A stretch of 63,551 nucleotides of DNA, the filler included, from Choristocarpus tenellus KU-1152 (taxonomy: Eukaryota; Protista; Phaeophyceae), in NCBI GenBank assembly GCA_964200185.2. It is 11 parts of 11 records of this genome, joined end to end, with 100 filler letters (N's around TTAATTAATTAA, not from the genome) between each part and the next. Parts side by side here need not be neighbours in the genome. Positions count along the whole stretch, not along the records: positions 1 to 9,402 come from CAXNAD020003706.1; positions 9,503 to 16,749 come from CAXNAD020006469.1; 9 more parts are not named here. One strand, written 5' to 3'. The notes under the pieces were generated by a model. That model saw only the letters and a program-made list of their open reading frames with translations, made no database searches and was not told the DNA's origin. A program made the position numbers and the translations under genes. Positions 1 to 12,900 of this stretch are shown piece after piece (within the stretch, counting starts at the first letter, position 1; every line of letters begins with the position of its first letter).

Positions 1-606
1 TTTTTTTTTTTTTTGTAAAGCACAAAAAAAAAATTTCCTGGTTCGGGCAAAAAAAATTTACTAAAAAAATTGTCCCCCCCCCCCCCCCCAAGGATGCACG
101 ACCAGCAGCTTTTCACACCCCCAAATGAGTGTATATTATCTGCAGCACATGGGAGGAGGGCTGTGAAAAGCTGCTGGAAACACAAATAGTTTTACGACCC
201 AATCACTGCACAGGGAACCATTCAAATCTATTACCTCTGACCAATCGCAAGGCAGTGGCTAACGTAATCTCTATTTTGGTTTTTCTTGTGAGTAGAAGGG
301 GATTTTAACCAATCTTCCTGCTGTATGCCCAATCAAAGAACACTTCGTTCACAAGTCCCCCCTTCAAAACAACAAAACAATTGCCATACACACTACAGGA
401 AACCATATCACCTAAACTTGTGAGGCGTTCTTTCCTCCATCCCCCTGATCTCAGAGACAGTCTATGGCAGAGTAACATGCAAGACAGGAGATTTTGTGCC
501 TGATATAGTTTCTGTTGTGTGATACAAAAAACGCCTGGCGTCACACTAGTAGGACCATCTGTCCATTCCTGGTGTATTTATGGTACAAATAAGGTATATC
601 TCTCAC

Positions 607-3600
607 CTTAGCGCTGATATGGCTGCATCCTTGCAACCTGAACCAAGCATGATGACATGGCCCCCTTTGAGACCATTCTCCTTGTATAACCTACCCATCA
701 CCAACACACACACATACAAACACACACAAAGGCGGTTGGGCACAGACAATGAATCTCTGCAGTTTACACACAGGCTTTTTTCTTTAACTCTTATTCTGTA
801 TTATGAGTTAATATAATAAAATACTGTTCCTTGTCCTACTGTTTTAGTTCTTAAAATTTTCATCTAGCACAATCTTTTCTTCTTCAATGTATCTACATAC
901 TTCTATGTAGATAGATTATCCTGGCCATTCACTCTCTGTGTACATAAACCCTATAAAAATAATCCTACTAAACCTACTACTATTACTGAAATACAACATT
1001 AACAAAAAAATCTAAAATGCCCCTGTATATTACTTGATATCCCTTTATACTAGACACAATCTCCTAAATGAACAATTCTCACAAGCTGAAGAAGAATCTT
1101 AAAAAAAAAAGGTGGAGATGCAATTTTGTGAACAAATATTGTTCTCACCTGCTATACCTCAAACTAATTGAAAAAAAAAGCTAACGAGTAGAGCTCTGCA
1201 ACCCTCATATTACTACGAGTACTATTGTTCATATTTTGAAGGAAGGCGCTTCTTCAACAACAAAACGACAGCTTGGCAATAACAATTGTGATACCATAAA
1301 AATAGAGCCAGCCAGCCATTCATCCATCCATCCATCCATCCATCCATCCATAAAGTAACATGCCCATGCAAGCCACAACAATAGGGTCAGCTGAGCTTAC
1401 TGCCACATCACACGACTCGAGTTCCTTCACCACCTACATCACACGTACCAAGCATTTATTATATTATTGTCCTGATTTTATACATCGCCTCCTTGTGCAA
1501 ACTCTCCATATGTGTGACTAAAATACGCACACATGAAGACAAAAAATCACCGATGGTTTTAAAACTCTACTTTGAAGGGGGGGGTTTTGCAGGTATTTTC
1601 ACCTGTGCACCAACACCTCTTTGTGATCAGCTCTTTTTGTTCAGTAGTGCATGTGAGGCTTGAACGCAGGAGCACACTTGCATCTCCTACATTACAACAA
1701 CAATGACACAGCGCGCAGTGGTACTACACCAGTAGAGTGCAGAGTACTAGACCCTTGAAAAGAACCATATCAGTGCAGTACAGAGCAGTAGACCCCGCAG
1801 CAGGTCCACGCTGGTAGACTACAGAACAATGCACCCCAGAACAGTAGTACACCTGCACTGTACAAAACAGATACGGACTCTGGAAAAGTACCATACTTGT
1901 ACAGTATAGAATAAAATACACCCCAGAACAGTAGCATACCTGCACTGTACAAAACAGATACAGACGCTGGAAAAGTACCATACTTGTACAGTATAGAATA
2001 AAATAGACCCTGGAATGGTAGCACAACGGTGCGCTACAGAACAATAGACTTAGAACAGAACCTCGCTGGTCCAGTACAGAACAATAGACCTTAGAACAGA
2101 ACCTCGCTGGTCCAGTACAGAACAATAGACCTTAGAACAGAACCTCGCTGGTCCAGTACAGAACAATAGACCTTAGAACAGAACCTCGCTGGTCCAGTAC
2201 AGAACAAAATACTCGGGAACAGCACCACAACTGTACAACACAGAGAACAAAGAGACCCCGGAATAGTACTGCACTTGTACAGTACTGAGCACTACCACAG
2301 ATTACAGGGCCAAACAATACACTAATATGCAGTCTGAAATAGTGCATTTACTGTATGACTGTAATCCAATTCTCAACCATGTGAGTGAAGCAATTCATAC
2401 TTCCAACTACGCTTCAAAAAGTATGCACCATCTCTACGGACACACTACTCTCGCATGGTCACGTTATTTACTCATCAAAATTGTAAATAACAAGAACGCA
2501 AAAAAAGTACGCATTCTTCGACATTCGTCACTGGGGATTGAACTTCGAAAAGCACCTTCCCGCGATACTTTGTGAAACCGCTTTGAAGGGGTTGGTTGTG
2601 TTCCCCTTTTGAATCTTACGCAGTACACACCATGACAATACAACTAAAATGCACTTAACACTTAACCCAACTCAGGAGGTGTAGTCACAGAAGACAAGAC
2701 TAAGACTAAGTCTGACGGCATCGTTAAACTGAGGGCACCCTCCGCAGTGCTCAAAACGTATGTGCCACAAGGAAGTCATAGTGCTCTCTCTTTATCATTT
2801 TTTTTTAGCTTCAAGCACGAGTTCTGGTGCATGTTCACCTGCAGACTAGACTACAAGTGATAGTTCACCTTGGCGCGTTTTGAAGTAGGACTTTATGCAC
2901 GGGTTCTGGTGTGTGTGCTGTCATGAACTGGACTACAGTTGTGGTATTTGCCTAACTGCGCATATGATCCACAACAAGGAGTACTCTTGTTGCCATACAC
3001 ACACACAGACACATATACATATATATATGTATCACGGTACAAGATAATTGGGAGTGCCGCAAATCCAGTTCGAATCATCCACAGGCAATATCCCCGACAA
3101 TGTTTGCCTTGATTTGCTTCGAAATTTCCATTTCCAGGAGAACGTTTGGAAGTCAGTTACTGTATAACACCTGTTCTCCTTACTACGTTCAAGTATATTT
3201 GATTTGTATCATCCCTAGTGTCTATCACCACACTTTGTGCTTCTCACCACCTTCCATTTGTCCTGTAAGTTCATTGTCCATATAATACCCCAAGCACATT
3301 TGCACTACATTTTGCCATTGTCCAGACCAAAACCCATGGGAGTTCCCTCAAACTCGTTCCGTTCTGAGAAGCGGTCCAATCGTTTCGCAATTTTTTTTTA
3401 ATCAATTTAAATAAAGCAGATAAAATGACAAACGGAATAAAATTTGTAAGCAAAGAAAGAAGGAAAAAAATAAACATACACACATTCAGTGTACTCGCTC
3501 ATGACATTAGCCCATATGGTATGCCCAGCAAACACTCTAGTCCAACTGTAATGTCCATTGTCCAGAAAGTCATTCAGGCCATTTTGTTCCATAGTGCCCA

Positions 3601-3993
3601 TGCCCTGGAAAGTATAGACAATGATATGCTCTCTAAAGGTTTGCTGCCCATGACAACACCTTGTGTAGTACAAAGCCTTGCCGTGAAGCACAATGCAAAA
3701 ATATGTCAAGTTGTGTCATTCAAGCATGATGCTTTCCGAGGGATGAAGACTAATACGATACTATCACTATATATATATATAAATAAACCAGAAGGCATGA
3801 GAGTACAGAGTACATGTATTTGAGGTAGCGTACATTCAGATACATAAACACTACATAGTACTACTAACTGTGTGCACTTTCTACCATTAGTACGAAAGGC
3901 GTATCATAATGTCTAGGACTTTGTGTTTATTGTCAAAAGTGGGGTTAGCAGTAGGATTAGGTTAGGGTTAGGGTCAGGTTAGGGTTAGGTTTA

Positions 3994-4038
<45 letters not shown>

Positions 4039-5599
4039 TAGTACACAGACAAGACCTGGCAAATTCGGCAGAACTTTTCGATGTTTCAAAATTCGTTTCC
4101 AGCTCCGATGTGCTCTCCCCTGTGACACTGAGAGTCGAGCCTACGATCTGCTTCACCTGCAGGAACGGGCGGTGTCAATGGATGATGGTGACATCAAGAA
4201 GCAGATAATTGCAGGGTTGCTTTGTCTCTCTCACTTAGAGGGTGGGGGAGGGATTGGGGATTGAGGTGTATTGTGATTGAGCTATGTATAGCTGCTTATT
4301 ATGGGCTCCTTTAACCACAGAGCGTTTTGTATCTCTCCAAACTAACGTGCATGCCACAAGCTGGAATTCCAATTTTGAATGCTTTGGAAGAAATTAACCT
4401 TGTGATTCGAGACCTTGAGCCTGAATCAACAGAAATGATGAAACCACCCAAGTAAACAAAAGAAAGAAATGAAAAGGAAAGATCACACAGACACAGGAAT
4501 GCTCGTGTAGAGACCACATGCTGAACGGATTTGACATAATGATTGATCCACCTCACTTCTTCTGAGTCTATACTTATCGTTGGCAGCTGGGTTGCAAAAT
4601 AAAAAAAGACAAACACGTCTATCTGGAAAGAGGCAGTCCAAAACAGAATAACATTAACTACCCACAGGAATTTACCCCCCCCCCCTCCCCTTTCGCCTCC
4701 CAACAAGCAAATTTAGAGCATGTCGTCTATCTGTTGGTAGCTGTAACCAAAATGAGACGTGATAATTCACTTTCCGTGATATGCAGCAGTGTATCTAGGT
4801 ACATTAACATCAGGGCAGGAAGCCAAACAGTGATAACCATCAACAAATAAATAACTGCAAGCACACCTTCTCATTCACACTATCCACAACCTATGGACGC
4901 AATGCTCCACCCCATCAATTGTCATGTTGGGCAAACAACTCAAGAGATTTAAAGCAGTATATGCAAACGGATGTGGTCTCGCTTCTACGAGACAGAAGAG
5001 AATTTACCGGTTCCCCACTTTGCTTCTTCCTGAGATCTTGTTTATCCCAAAAGGAATTACCCATATCGACACTGTGGACTTGTATCAACTACAGTGGACT
5101 TGTATCAACTACAGGGTCTTAGGGTATTCGAACATCTTACAGTGGAATGAACTATCAAGTGGTGATGAGACCCGCTTCACGAACGCATCATCCCATAACA
5201 ATCAAATACAACCCTTCATTTACACGGTGTCCTAAGCCTCGATTTGACATTGGTACACGCACATCCCATACCAAACACCAACAATCACCAACCTTCAAAA
5301 TGCACACGACATTCAACCACTTCTAAGAATCGTAAAGATGCCACATTACTCGTGGATCCATCTAGCGGTGTTCTGTTCCAAAATGGCCAACTGGCCAACG
5401 AACCATAGTGTAGGACTCTTCAACCTTGCCAGGAATGGGCAAACGCAGAAACTGGGTGTGGTTGAAGTAGTACTCATCGTATTTCATGCTTTCTCACCTT
5501 ACCCTCGTGCAGGTCAATACACGGACGGAAACGCATCGTCCGTGTGGAAGGCGAAATTTGAACTTCGCACTGGTTAGCTCCATCGAGTCCTCCGTCCAT
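607..5599 (-). CDS. HIS6: Phosphoribosylformimino-5-aminoimidazole carboxamide ribotide isomerase (eukaryotic HisA/His6), 5' three exons; gene continues left of the window
   Basis: Exons 5599-5498 (MDGGLDG...MRFRPCIDLHEGK), 4156-4056 (VKQIVGSTL...TNFETSKSSAEFA) and 690-607 (RLYKENGLKGGHVIMLGSGCKDAAISAL) have GT-AG borders and compatible phases. FRPCIDxHxGKVKQIVG, TNF and GGHVIMLG are His6 family motifs. Confidence 0.93.
1319..1351. repeat. (CATC)n microsatellite
   Basis: Direct reading of the sequence. Confidence 0.9.
1738..2300. repeat. 41-44 bp minisatellite in HIS6 intron 2
   Basis: Four near-identical 41-bp units (agtacagaacaatagaccttagaacagaacctcgctggtcc) at ~2036-2206, preceded by an ~88-bp dimeric unit present twice, with diverged monomers at both edges. 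Confidence 0.9.
3942..4035. repeat. Degenerate (TTAGGG)n followed by a (CA)n microsatellite
   Basis: ggttagggttagggtcaggttagggttagg, then a long CA run. Confidence 0.85.
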
Positions 5600-5944
5600 C
5601 GCTTCGCGCTCACAGCTTTCGTCAGGGTTCTCAGGTCAAAAACTGTTGAACCAAACGCAGGTCGTATTCACTAAAAAGGAGCCAGAGTCAAGGCAATCAG
5701 ACTAGATCGTGTTGCGAATAGTCACAGCAAAGTCACTAGATTAGCTGTAACCTTCAAGAGGAGAGGAGTGGGAGAGGAGGTTCAGGGGAATCTCGAATTG
5801 AACTCCTTTCCAATACAAAAAACCCTAGTTTAGGATGTGAGGTTCTTGTATGTGTAGGTGGTACGTTGTGTTGTACTATGTTACGTTATGCTATTTCCCC
5901 TTCATCTACCATCAACATACAAATTTACTTTCCAATAATAATAT

Positions 5945-6003
5945 ATTATATTATTGCCTTTGACATTTTGTAGACGTGTTATAGGGGGAAAACTAATGAA
6001 AAC
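5945..6003 (-). mobile_element. 3' tip of a CRE-like non-LTR element
   Basis: Reverse complement resembles the CCCCTGACACATCTGCAAAATGTCAGAGGGCATAATAAT terminus at 21575-21615 and 27430-27470. Confidence 0.55.
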
Positions 6004-6350
6004 TATCATGTCAGAAAAATCCCTAAAAAAGTAACATCTGTCATAAATGTGAAAAACATTGATCTATTGACTACTTTACTACTGGCTATACTGTACCACT
6101 GCCTTCGTGTGACTCCAACCTAGGTTAGTCCAGCAATCTAATTCCCCCAACCTCAATATCGTCGACCTGTGCTTCTTCAGGTCTTTGAAATGCTGGGTGA
6201 TGGGGGAGCAGTTTGGGTCCGCTGAGGAGATGGTGAAGGTCAATAAGAAACAGTATGAGGAGCATGATGAAACCACACTTAAGAAGGCTTGGCAGCTCCC
6301 TTTTGTGGTGTACAATCAAGTACTTAGATACAAAGGGGAGAATGACTTCT

Positions 6351-6534
6351 GACTCAATGTATCTGGGGAGGGGGGGGAGGGGGGTCTACACTGGGGTGTT
6401 CATTCGGGCCCTGACCAGGAGAAATGACCTTATATTATCCATCTGACGCATGCAACCAAATCAACCAAAAATCGCGACATGGAAAAATGGACCCTGAATG
6501 GACAATGGTCACCCCCTCCCAGATACTTCGAGTC
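6351..6534. mobile_element. MITE family A copy
   Basis: TIRs GACTCAATGTATCTGGG...CCCAGATACTTCGAGTC. Absent from the homologous mariner sequence near 24260. Confidence 0.9.
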
Positions 6535-6650
6535 TTCAGTGTGGAGGACATAGGGGTAAGGAAGTGGCAATTGTCTGGTGAGATTGAAAAAACAAGCTGA
6601 AGGTAGACATGAAGGCTTTTTCTGTGACTGATAAAATTGTGATGGATGGG

Positions 6651-6972
6651 TGTCGTGAGGCAGGGTCCAATCAGTCGTGGGAGGTGTTCAGAATCACCAG
6701 TTGTGACATGATAGGGTGCTTCCAGCAAACCCGAAGCTCTCTCGGACATCAAATTTTAGCAAAAGGTTTGATGGGGTCTCAGATCCGACGGGTGATATCA
6801 CATCTTTGTGAATGTTCAACCGCCAGTGGTCTGAGGGTCCTCAAACTTTTCTGTGTTTGATGTTGGTGGGAAAGTCAACAATGACAAAGAATTGTGCGCG
6901 CAATGCACTTGTGTGTGCGTGCAGATGTGTATCTGGACTGAGCTCAGCTCCCAAAGGGATCTGTCGGTCGCA
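6651..6972. mobile_element. 322-bp insertion with TG...CA ends, possible solo LTR
   Basis: Interrupts GATGGGGAGTA, which is intact in the homologous copies (~14206 and ~24375). Flanked by GGG on both sides, with no clear 4-6 bp TSD. Confidence 0.45.
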
Positions 6973-7439
6973 GGGAGTAATAATAATAAAAAGAGCTGAC
7001 CCCAACTATGAATTCGCCAAGGATTCCAAATCTTCTTTCAGAAATTAATTTCATCAACATCCTCAAAAGATATGGACAACGCAGCACAGACCTATGGCAT
7101 GGATTTAGTATGTAAAAAAGGTTGTTGTCATCCAAGGTCTTACATATGTGGGCGAATGGGGATAGGAACTTCCTCTCTCTTTACTGAAATTGTTGGACCT
7201 TCCTCCTATGCATAATTCGGCGAATATTCAAGATGGGAGGTGCAGAAGAAGGATCCACACTCATATCAATGCAATCAGATGAAGGACCGTGGCAAGAGTT
7301 TGGTCTATACTAGGTTTACGTTGCTAATGTGCTCATATCTATCTGTGCCTCAGACATGCACACATGTCATCTTGTATATGACCAGGATGTGCCTCATTGA
7401 TTGTTTCTCTCCCACACAGGAGTGTATTCCAACAATGAT

Positions 7440-7618
7440 GGCCAAGTTATCTGGGAGGGGGGGGGGGGGTCTACACGAGAGTGTCCATTTGCCCCAAAAC
7501 CAGGAAAAGTGCACTTTCATTATCCATCCGACGTATGGAACCAAATCACCCAAAAATCGCGACATGAAAATATTGACCCCAAATGGACAGCCGCCACCCC
7601 CCTCAGATACATTGAGCT
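7440..7618. mobile_element. MITE family A copy
   Basis: TIRs plus 3-bp TSD GAT. Confidence 0.9.
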
Positions 7619-7902
7619 GATGTCATCTTATTTTGTGTTTCATTGCTGTATCTGCTCACTCACCCACTTTTCGATCATGTCACTTTGCCAACAAGATTCC
7701 AACTGTCCACTGCTTCACTCTAGAATTAGTCGCAACAATTACAAACATTTCCCCTCAATTCTGTTGAGATACCCTATTCAGTACTCCCTCCCATCTCTCA
7801 CTTGCAACAAAAATGATACTATACTACTTCTGCTGCTGACCTTCCACAACTAGGAGGATAGGTAATCAAGGTTTGGGTACTCTCGTAGTATTGCAACCCT
7901 CT

Positions 7903-8079
7903 GGCTCAAAGTATCTGGAGGGGGATGGCAGCTGCCAATTTGGGGGCAACTTTTTCATATCGCGATTTTGGGGTGATTTGGTTGCATGCGTCGGATGGAT
8001 AATGCAAATGCACTTTTCCTGATTTTGACCCAAATGGATACCCTGGTGTAGATCCCCCCCCCTCTAGATACTTTTGGAC
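7903..8079. mobile_element. MITE family A copy (opposite orientation)
   Basis: GGCTCAAAGTATCT...AGATACTTTTGGAC, TSD TCT. Confidence 0.9.
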
Positions 8080-9021
8080 TCTCACGGGTTCAGAGGTGAT
8101 ATGGGTATTAGAGGGGTAAGATATCTATGCGACGAATTTCGTCATTTATTATTGTCACTATAGTAGTGTTGTTGGAAGGGTGAAGTACAAATATTTGTAC
8201 TACTAGTAGTAGTATAAATGTCGTACTCCCGTCCTCCTTGCCTGGTGACGATTCTCACACAATTCAACTGATAAACAGATCGTGAAGGGGAGAAGAATTT
8301 CAGTTTCATTAATTACCATCCTCAGTACATTCATTTTGTTCTGCATCTACAAATTGATCATCGAAACTGTCAGTAAAAAAGGAAAGTCCAGATCTTGGAA
8401 TTAGTATAATATTACTTTTTGCTTTGGCAGTGTCTTTTTGCTTTTTTTCAAGTTTCTATTGTACTTTCATTGTCTGGTCTGGTCCCCCTACCATTGTCTG
8501 CTTCATTGAAATTAATAGATGTGCAGTGGTAGATGTGAAACAAAATAATTGATTCTTTGTATGATTTACTGTGATTGAATAATAAAAAAAACAGGTTGTA
8601 CACTTGCCTTTGGAATCAGAGAAAAATGCGTTAACAATTGTACCAAGTAGTATGTGGGATATTTTTCAAGTTAGTATTTTTCCGATTTCTTTTTACAAGT
8701 ATAGACCAAGGTCTTTTTTTGTGTTCGTGTATTCTATTTCTACTTTGTCTTATTTCGTCTCTACGATGAAGGTGTCTTCACAAACTCTTTTCTTTTCAAA
8801 TGATTCGTTTTTCGAATGCCTTTTTTGTCATCCAGGTTACTTTAAAAAAAATCTTGATTGTCTTTGCTGTTTGTGAGTTGGGGATGGATCAACCTTAGCT
8901 TGAAGAATAAAAACTAAAATACGACAGCTATTTGATTGTAATAGCGTTTTGAAGTTGTTCAATCAAGCGATGTTTTGTTTTGCTCACGAATTCTGGATTG
9001 TTATTATTTTATTCTATGTTT

Positions 9022-9281
9022 GACCCAATGTATCTTAGAGTGTAGAGCCGTGTCCATTTGGGGACTAAAACCCAATGTTGCGGTTTTGATGATAATTTCG
9101 ACTATCGTGTTTGATAGGAAGTGTCGACATCCATTTTCCGGACACACCTTTTCATATCCTATACATTTTACCTACTCCTAAACATTTTGGGGTAGGTAAA
9201 TGTCATTAAAAAAAACATGGGAAGCTAAGTTCCTAATGGACAACCAGGGAAAAACTCGTACCCTCTAAGATACTTTCACTC
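9022..9281. mobile_element. MITE family B copy
   Basis: GACCCAATGTATCTTAGAG...CTCTAAGATACTTTCACTC, TSD TTT. Confidence 0.9.
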
Positions 9282-9402
9282 TTTGCATTCCACCCATTCC
9301 CCTCCTTCCCATCGTACCATCACTTGCAGCCAACCAGTGCGAACCCCTTCGCCACTGATTTCCCGCCACCTCCCCCCCCTGCGATGACCAACCAATGCGA
9401 AC

Positions 9403-9502
9403 NNNNNNNNNNNNNNNNNNNNNNNNNNNNNNNNNNNNNNNNNNNNTTAATTAATTAANNNNNNNNNNNNNNNNNNNNNNNNNNNNNNNNNNNNNNNNNN
9501 NN
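9403..9502. other. Artificial contig spacer N44-TTAATTAATTAA-N44
   Basis: The identical 100-nt spacer also occurs at 16750, 21325, 24079, 28765, 35763, 45900, 50730, 53677 and 60238. Confidence 0.97.
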
Positions 9503-9536
9503 GGATCTTGGTAGTTTTCCACTCACGTTGATTATT

Positions 9537-9711
9537 GACCAAAGGTATCTGGGGGGGGGGGGGTCTACACCAGGATGTCCATTTGACCCAAAATAAGGAA
9601 AAGTGCATTTATATTACCCATTAGACGTATGCAACCAAATCACCCAAAATCGTGATATGAAAAAATTGACCCCAAATGGATAGCCACCACCCTCCCCAGA
9701 TACTTTGAGCC
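9537..9711. mobile_element. MITE family A copy
   Basis: TIRs plus TSD ATT. Confidence 0.9.
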
Positions 9712-9962
9712 ATTTGATTTCCAGTGGCAACAGTTAAAACTGGGTTCCATTCCTTCGTGAAAAAGGGTTTACTCTGTTCAGTGATACCAAATCGAGATTG
9801 GTGAGGGACTTTGCAGGATGAATGCATGCATCCTAGTTGACAATCAATCAAAGTGTTTTTATTACCTTTCCTACGTGGTTTCCACCACTCAACCTCTTAA
9901 TTTTGGCTTTTCTTGCTACATGCTCTTAAACTGGTTGATGTGTGCATTGCGGAGGGTTTCAG

Positions 9963-12900
9963 GTGCCCAAGCTGGCGACGATGATCATTGTTTCTGTGTT
10001 GGCTGGGTTGCTGTGTCGCCACTTCTGCCCTGTGGATAAGGATGGATACATTATCACCTCCAAGAACTCCTGGTTCAAGGTGAACTGTAATGATATATTG
10101 AGTGAATAGGACATATTTGTTGATAATTGCATCATCTATTGTTGTAGTGTTTTGTAGTTGAGTGATCAAGTGGGGTTTTTGTTTCTTTAATACGATTTAC
10201 TTACAGCCTGATGAAAACCCATGAATCAAATATGCCTGGACAAATTGCATGGTGCCTGACAGGATTGATATCTAGGGTCATGGTCACTACATGTTTCACT
10301 AGTATTGTGAATTAGTGCAATTGAATCACCATGGTTTTACTAGATAATAATAATATGATTGTAAATGGAATCAAGGTGACTATCCAAGGAGCTGATTGTT
10401 TGGTTATTTCTTATTTCACTGCTTTGGAGTGTGTGGACCGATCAATTAGTCGTTTATTAAACTCTTCCATTAATGCTGACGCATGAGTGTACCCAGGTGG
10501 GTTTGCTAAAGCTAGAATCGAAGCTAGAGTCAGGTAGTGTTTCACAACGCAAAACAAGAGCAAGAGACTGTTTCTGTTAAACTAGGATCAAAGAAATGAA
10601 AAAAGTAACCCCATGAAACTCCTCTACTTCCACAATATTTTGCTTCCATCCAACCGTAGTATATATGAGTCAGAGCATTGGAAATTGGTGGGCTAGCCCT
10701 CCCTTGTTATGAAGGGAAGATGTATAGAGTTTGGGGGTTAGAGGGAGATGGGAACTCACCTACTAACCTGAGACTCAAAGTATCTGGGGAGGGGGGGCGG
10801 TCTACACCAGGGTGTCCATTTGGACTAAAGCCAGGAAAAGTGCATTTACATTATCCATTCGATGTATGCAACCAAATCACCCAAAGACATGAAAAGATTG
10901 AACCCAAATGAGCAGCTGCCACCCCCCCCCCCCAGATACTTTGAACCACCTGAAGATTTTGTGGGTGGGCATATCATGAGTATGATATTAGCCTGTCTGC
11001 TGGATGTTTCATGTTGAACTTTGTAGTGTGATGGCAAGGAAGGCTAAGGGTATGATGAAAGCGATCAAGAGCCTGATGTTTGCGAGGCTAAGCATATGAT
11101 TGAATAGCAGAAGAACATAAATGGTATGCGAAGGAGTGGGTCATAGTAATGATCACTGGGTCAAGGGCTGACATACCTGCACTTGTTTAGCCTGCATACA
11201 AAGGGGAGAATGACTGCCCAATATAGGTGCATGTTGATCTGTCTGCGTATGGAAAGTGGGTAATTTCTAAGTGGGTTACCAAAACAGGTGATTCAGAGTC
11301 AGTGACTCATCCATGAAATTGCCATCTACAAGCCGAGGCTCGGGAATTCTCCTCATGAGGTGGAGGAGGGTGGCAAGAAGGGCGAATGATCACGAGTTGG
11401 GTGGTCTACAGCAGATGGACTCATTTTCGAGGCTAATGCACCAGAGTGGCCCATGCGTTCTCCCCTTGTTACTTTTTATGTGATTTTTCATACGGATAGA
11501 ATCCTCTCTTGCTGTGGTATCTGTTAGTGGGAAAAGAGCATGTGAATGCCAGTACCTCCTACTTTTTGCCTTGGGTAGGGCCCCTTACCAGGTGGTGGAG
11601 TGCTTTGTTGGGTTGTGGCGCTCCCCCTCGCTTCTCAAGCTTTTCCAATTACAATCAAATACCCCAGATTGTGTAAAGGAATGTAAGTCAACGATGTTTA
11701 TTCTCAAAATTGCTCTAATTCACAAATCTACATTCCATTGCGTGTGTTATGTATGTTTCTTACATCCTTGTTGTTTGGGATGAAAGGTGAACTACACGAG
11801 GAAGATCCAGCATTTTGCAGCCTATCTAGTGCCGTTAGTGTTCACCACACCGGCTCAGTGTGACTGTGGTGGAACCCTTGAGGTAACAGTAGGGCTCTGT
11901 AGTGCTCCGTAGCGATTTGTAGTGTTCCATAAATGTGAAGATATAGCTAGCGCTCCTTTGAAAGTCTTGGGGTTTTGAGTACAGTCATGACTCTCTTTCC
12001 ACATTGGATGGTGTTTTGCGTGCCACTCAAATGACTTTTTGACCTTTAGATCACTACTCTAATATTAACTCTGTGTCAACCTGTTGGTGGGCATGTAACA
12101 ATGTGCTTCCCTGCAACCTATTGTAGGCTTCGATTTTTGCAAAAAAGTCATCGTGTTATGTATACCAAACTGCATCCAATGTAACACTGGCGGAAAAGGA
12201 AAGGAGCATGCCTTAGTTCCTCACTGCCCCCCCCTAGCATCCCTCTCACCCCCCCCCCCCCCCATCCTCCTCTCCCCATCACACCCCACACACCAACGAA
12301 ANNNNNNNNNNAACCTGGGGGAAAAGGAAAGGACCATGCCTTAGTCCCCCCCTGCCCCCCCCTAGCACCCCCCTCCCCCCCCCCCCCCCACGATCTTGCT
12401 CTCCTAATCATAATGCAACCAGCCAATAATATGTTGCTTGCTTTCTATATGAGGGTTTAAACTCGCATGTATGAGTCCTTCTCAAATATGTATTTATCAC
12501 CTGACCCCTCCTCTCCATCTGTTCGATTGAGAGATCAGTCTACGTTGTCGTTGCCATTACACCTTCCATCAAGTTTGCTTTGAGGTGGACCCGGAACGCT
12601 TCCCAGTCTGGGCTTGAAATGATATCTCCTTTTATCAGATTTTGTTAGAAATTGTTGTGACACCCTCTGATCTCTCTCAATATTGTTATAATTGTTTCTC
12701 ATGATCATCGACCAAACTCTACTGAGAAGATAATGCACACATGGGTACACACAGCTGCACTCACACATGCCCCCCCCCTCCCCCACCGTTTCCCTTCTCC
12801 CCTTGGTACACTCTTGTTTGTCAATGGCTGCAGCTTTGCTGGGGTGTATGGGTAACACTGATCGGATTCCTGGTCATGATTAAGCCCATCCGGGAGACCA

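Larger units (their letters stand above)
6085..7108 (+). mobile_element. 3' fragment of a mariner-like element (same family as 14130-15781) carrying two nested insertions
   Basis: Encodes QSNSPNLNIVDLCFFRSLK. The 3' non-coding region matches 24370-24510 and ends in a degenerate TIR followed by TA. Confidence 0.85.

Noticed and set aside
1738-2300. CRISPR-like appearance of ~41-bp periodic units
   Set aside because: No constant repeat with unique spacers, no cas genes, and it lies in a eukaryotic intron.
9447-9458. TTAATTAATTAA as a biological motif
   Set aside because: Always centred in an exact 100-nt N block, so it is an assembly linker.
11040-11220. Possible chromodomain remnant (EGVGHSNDHWV) of a Gypsy integrase
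   Set aside because: Too short and disrupted, with no adjacent integrase core recognised.
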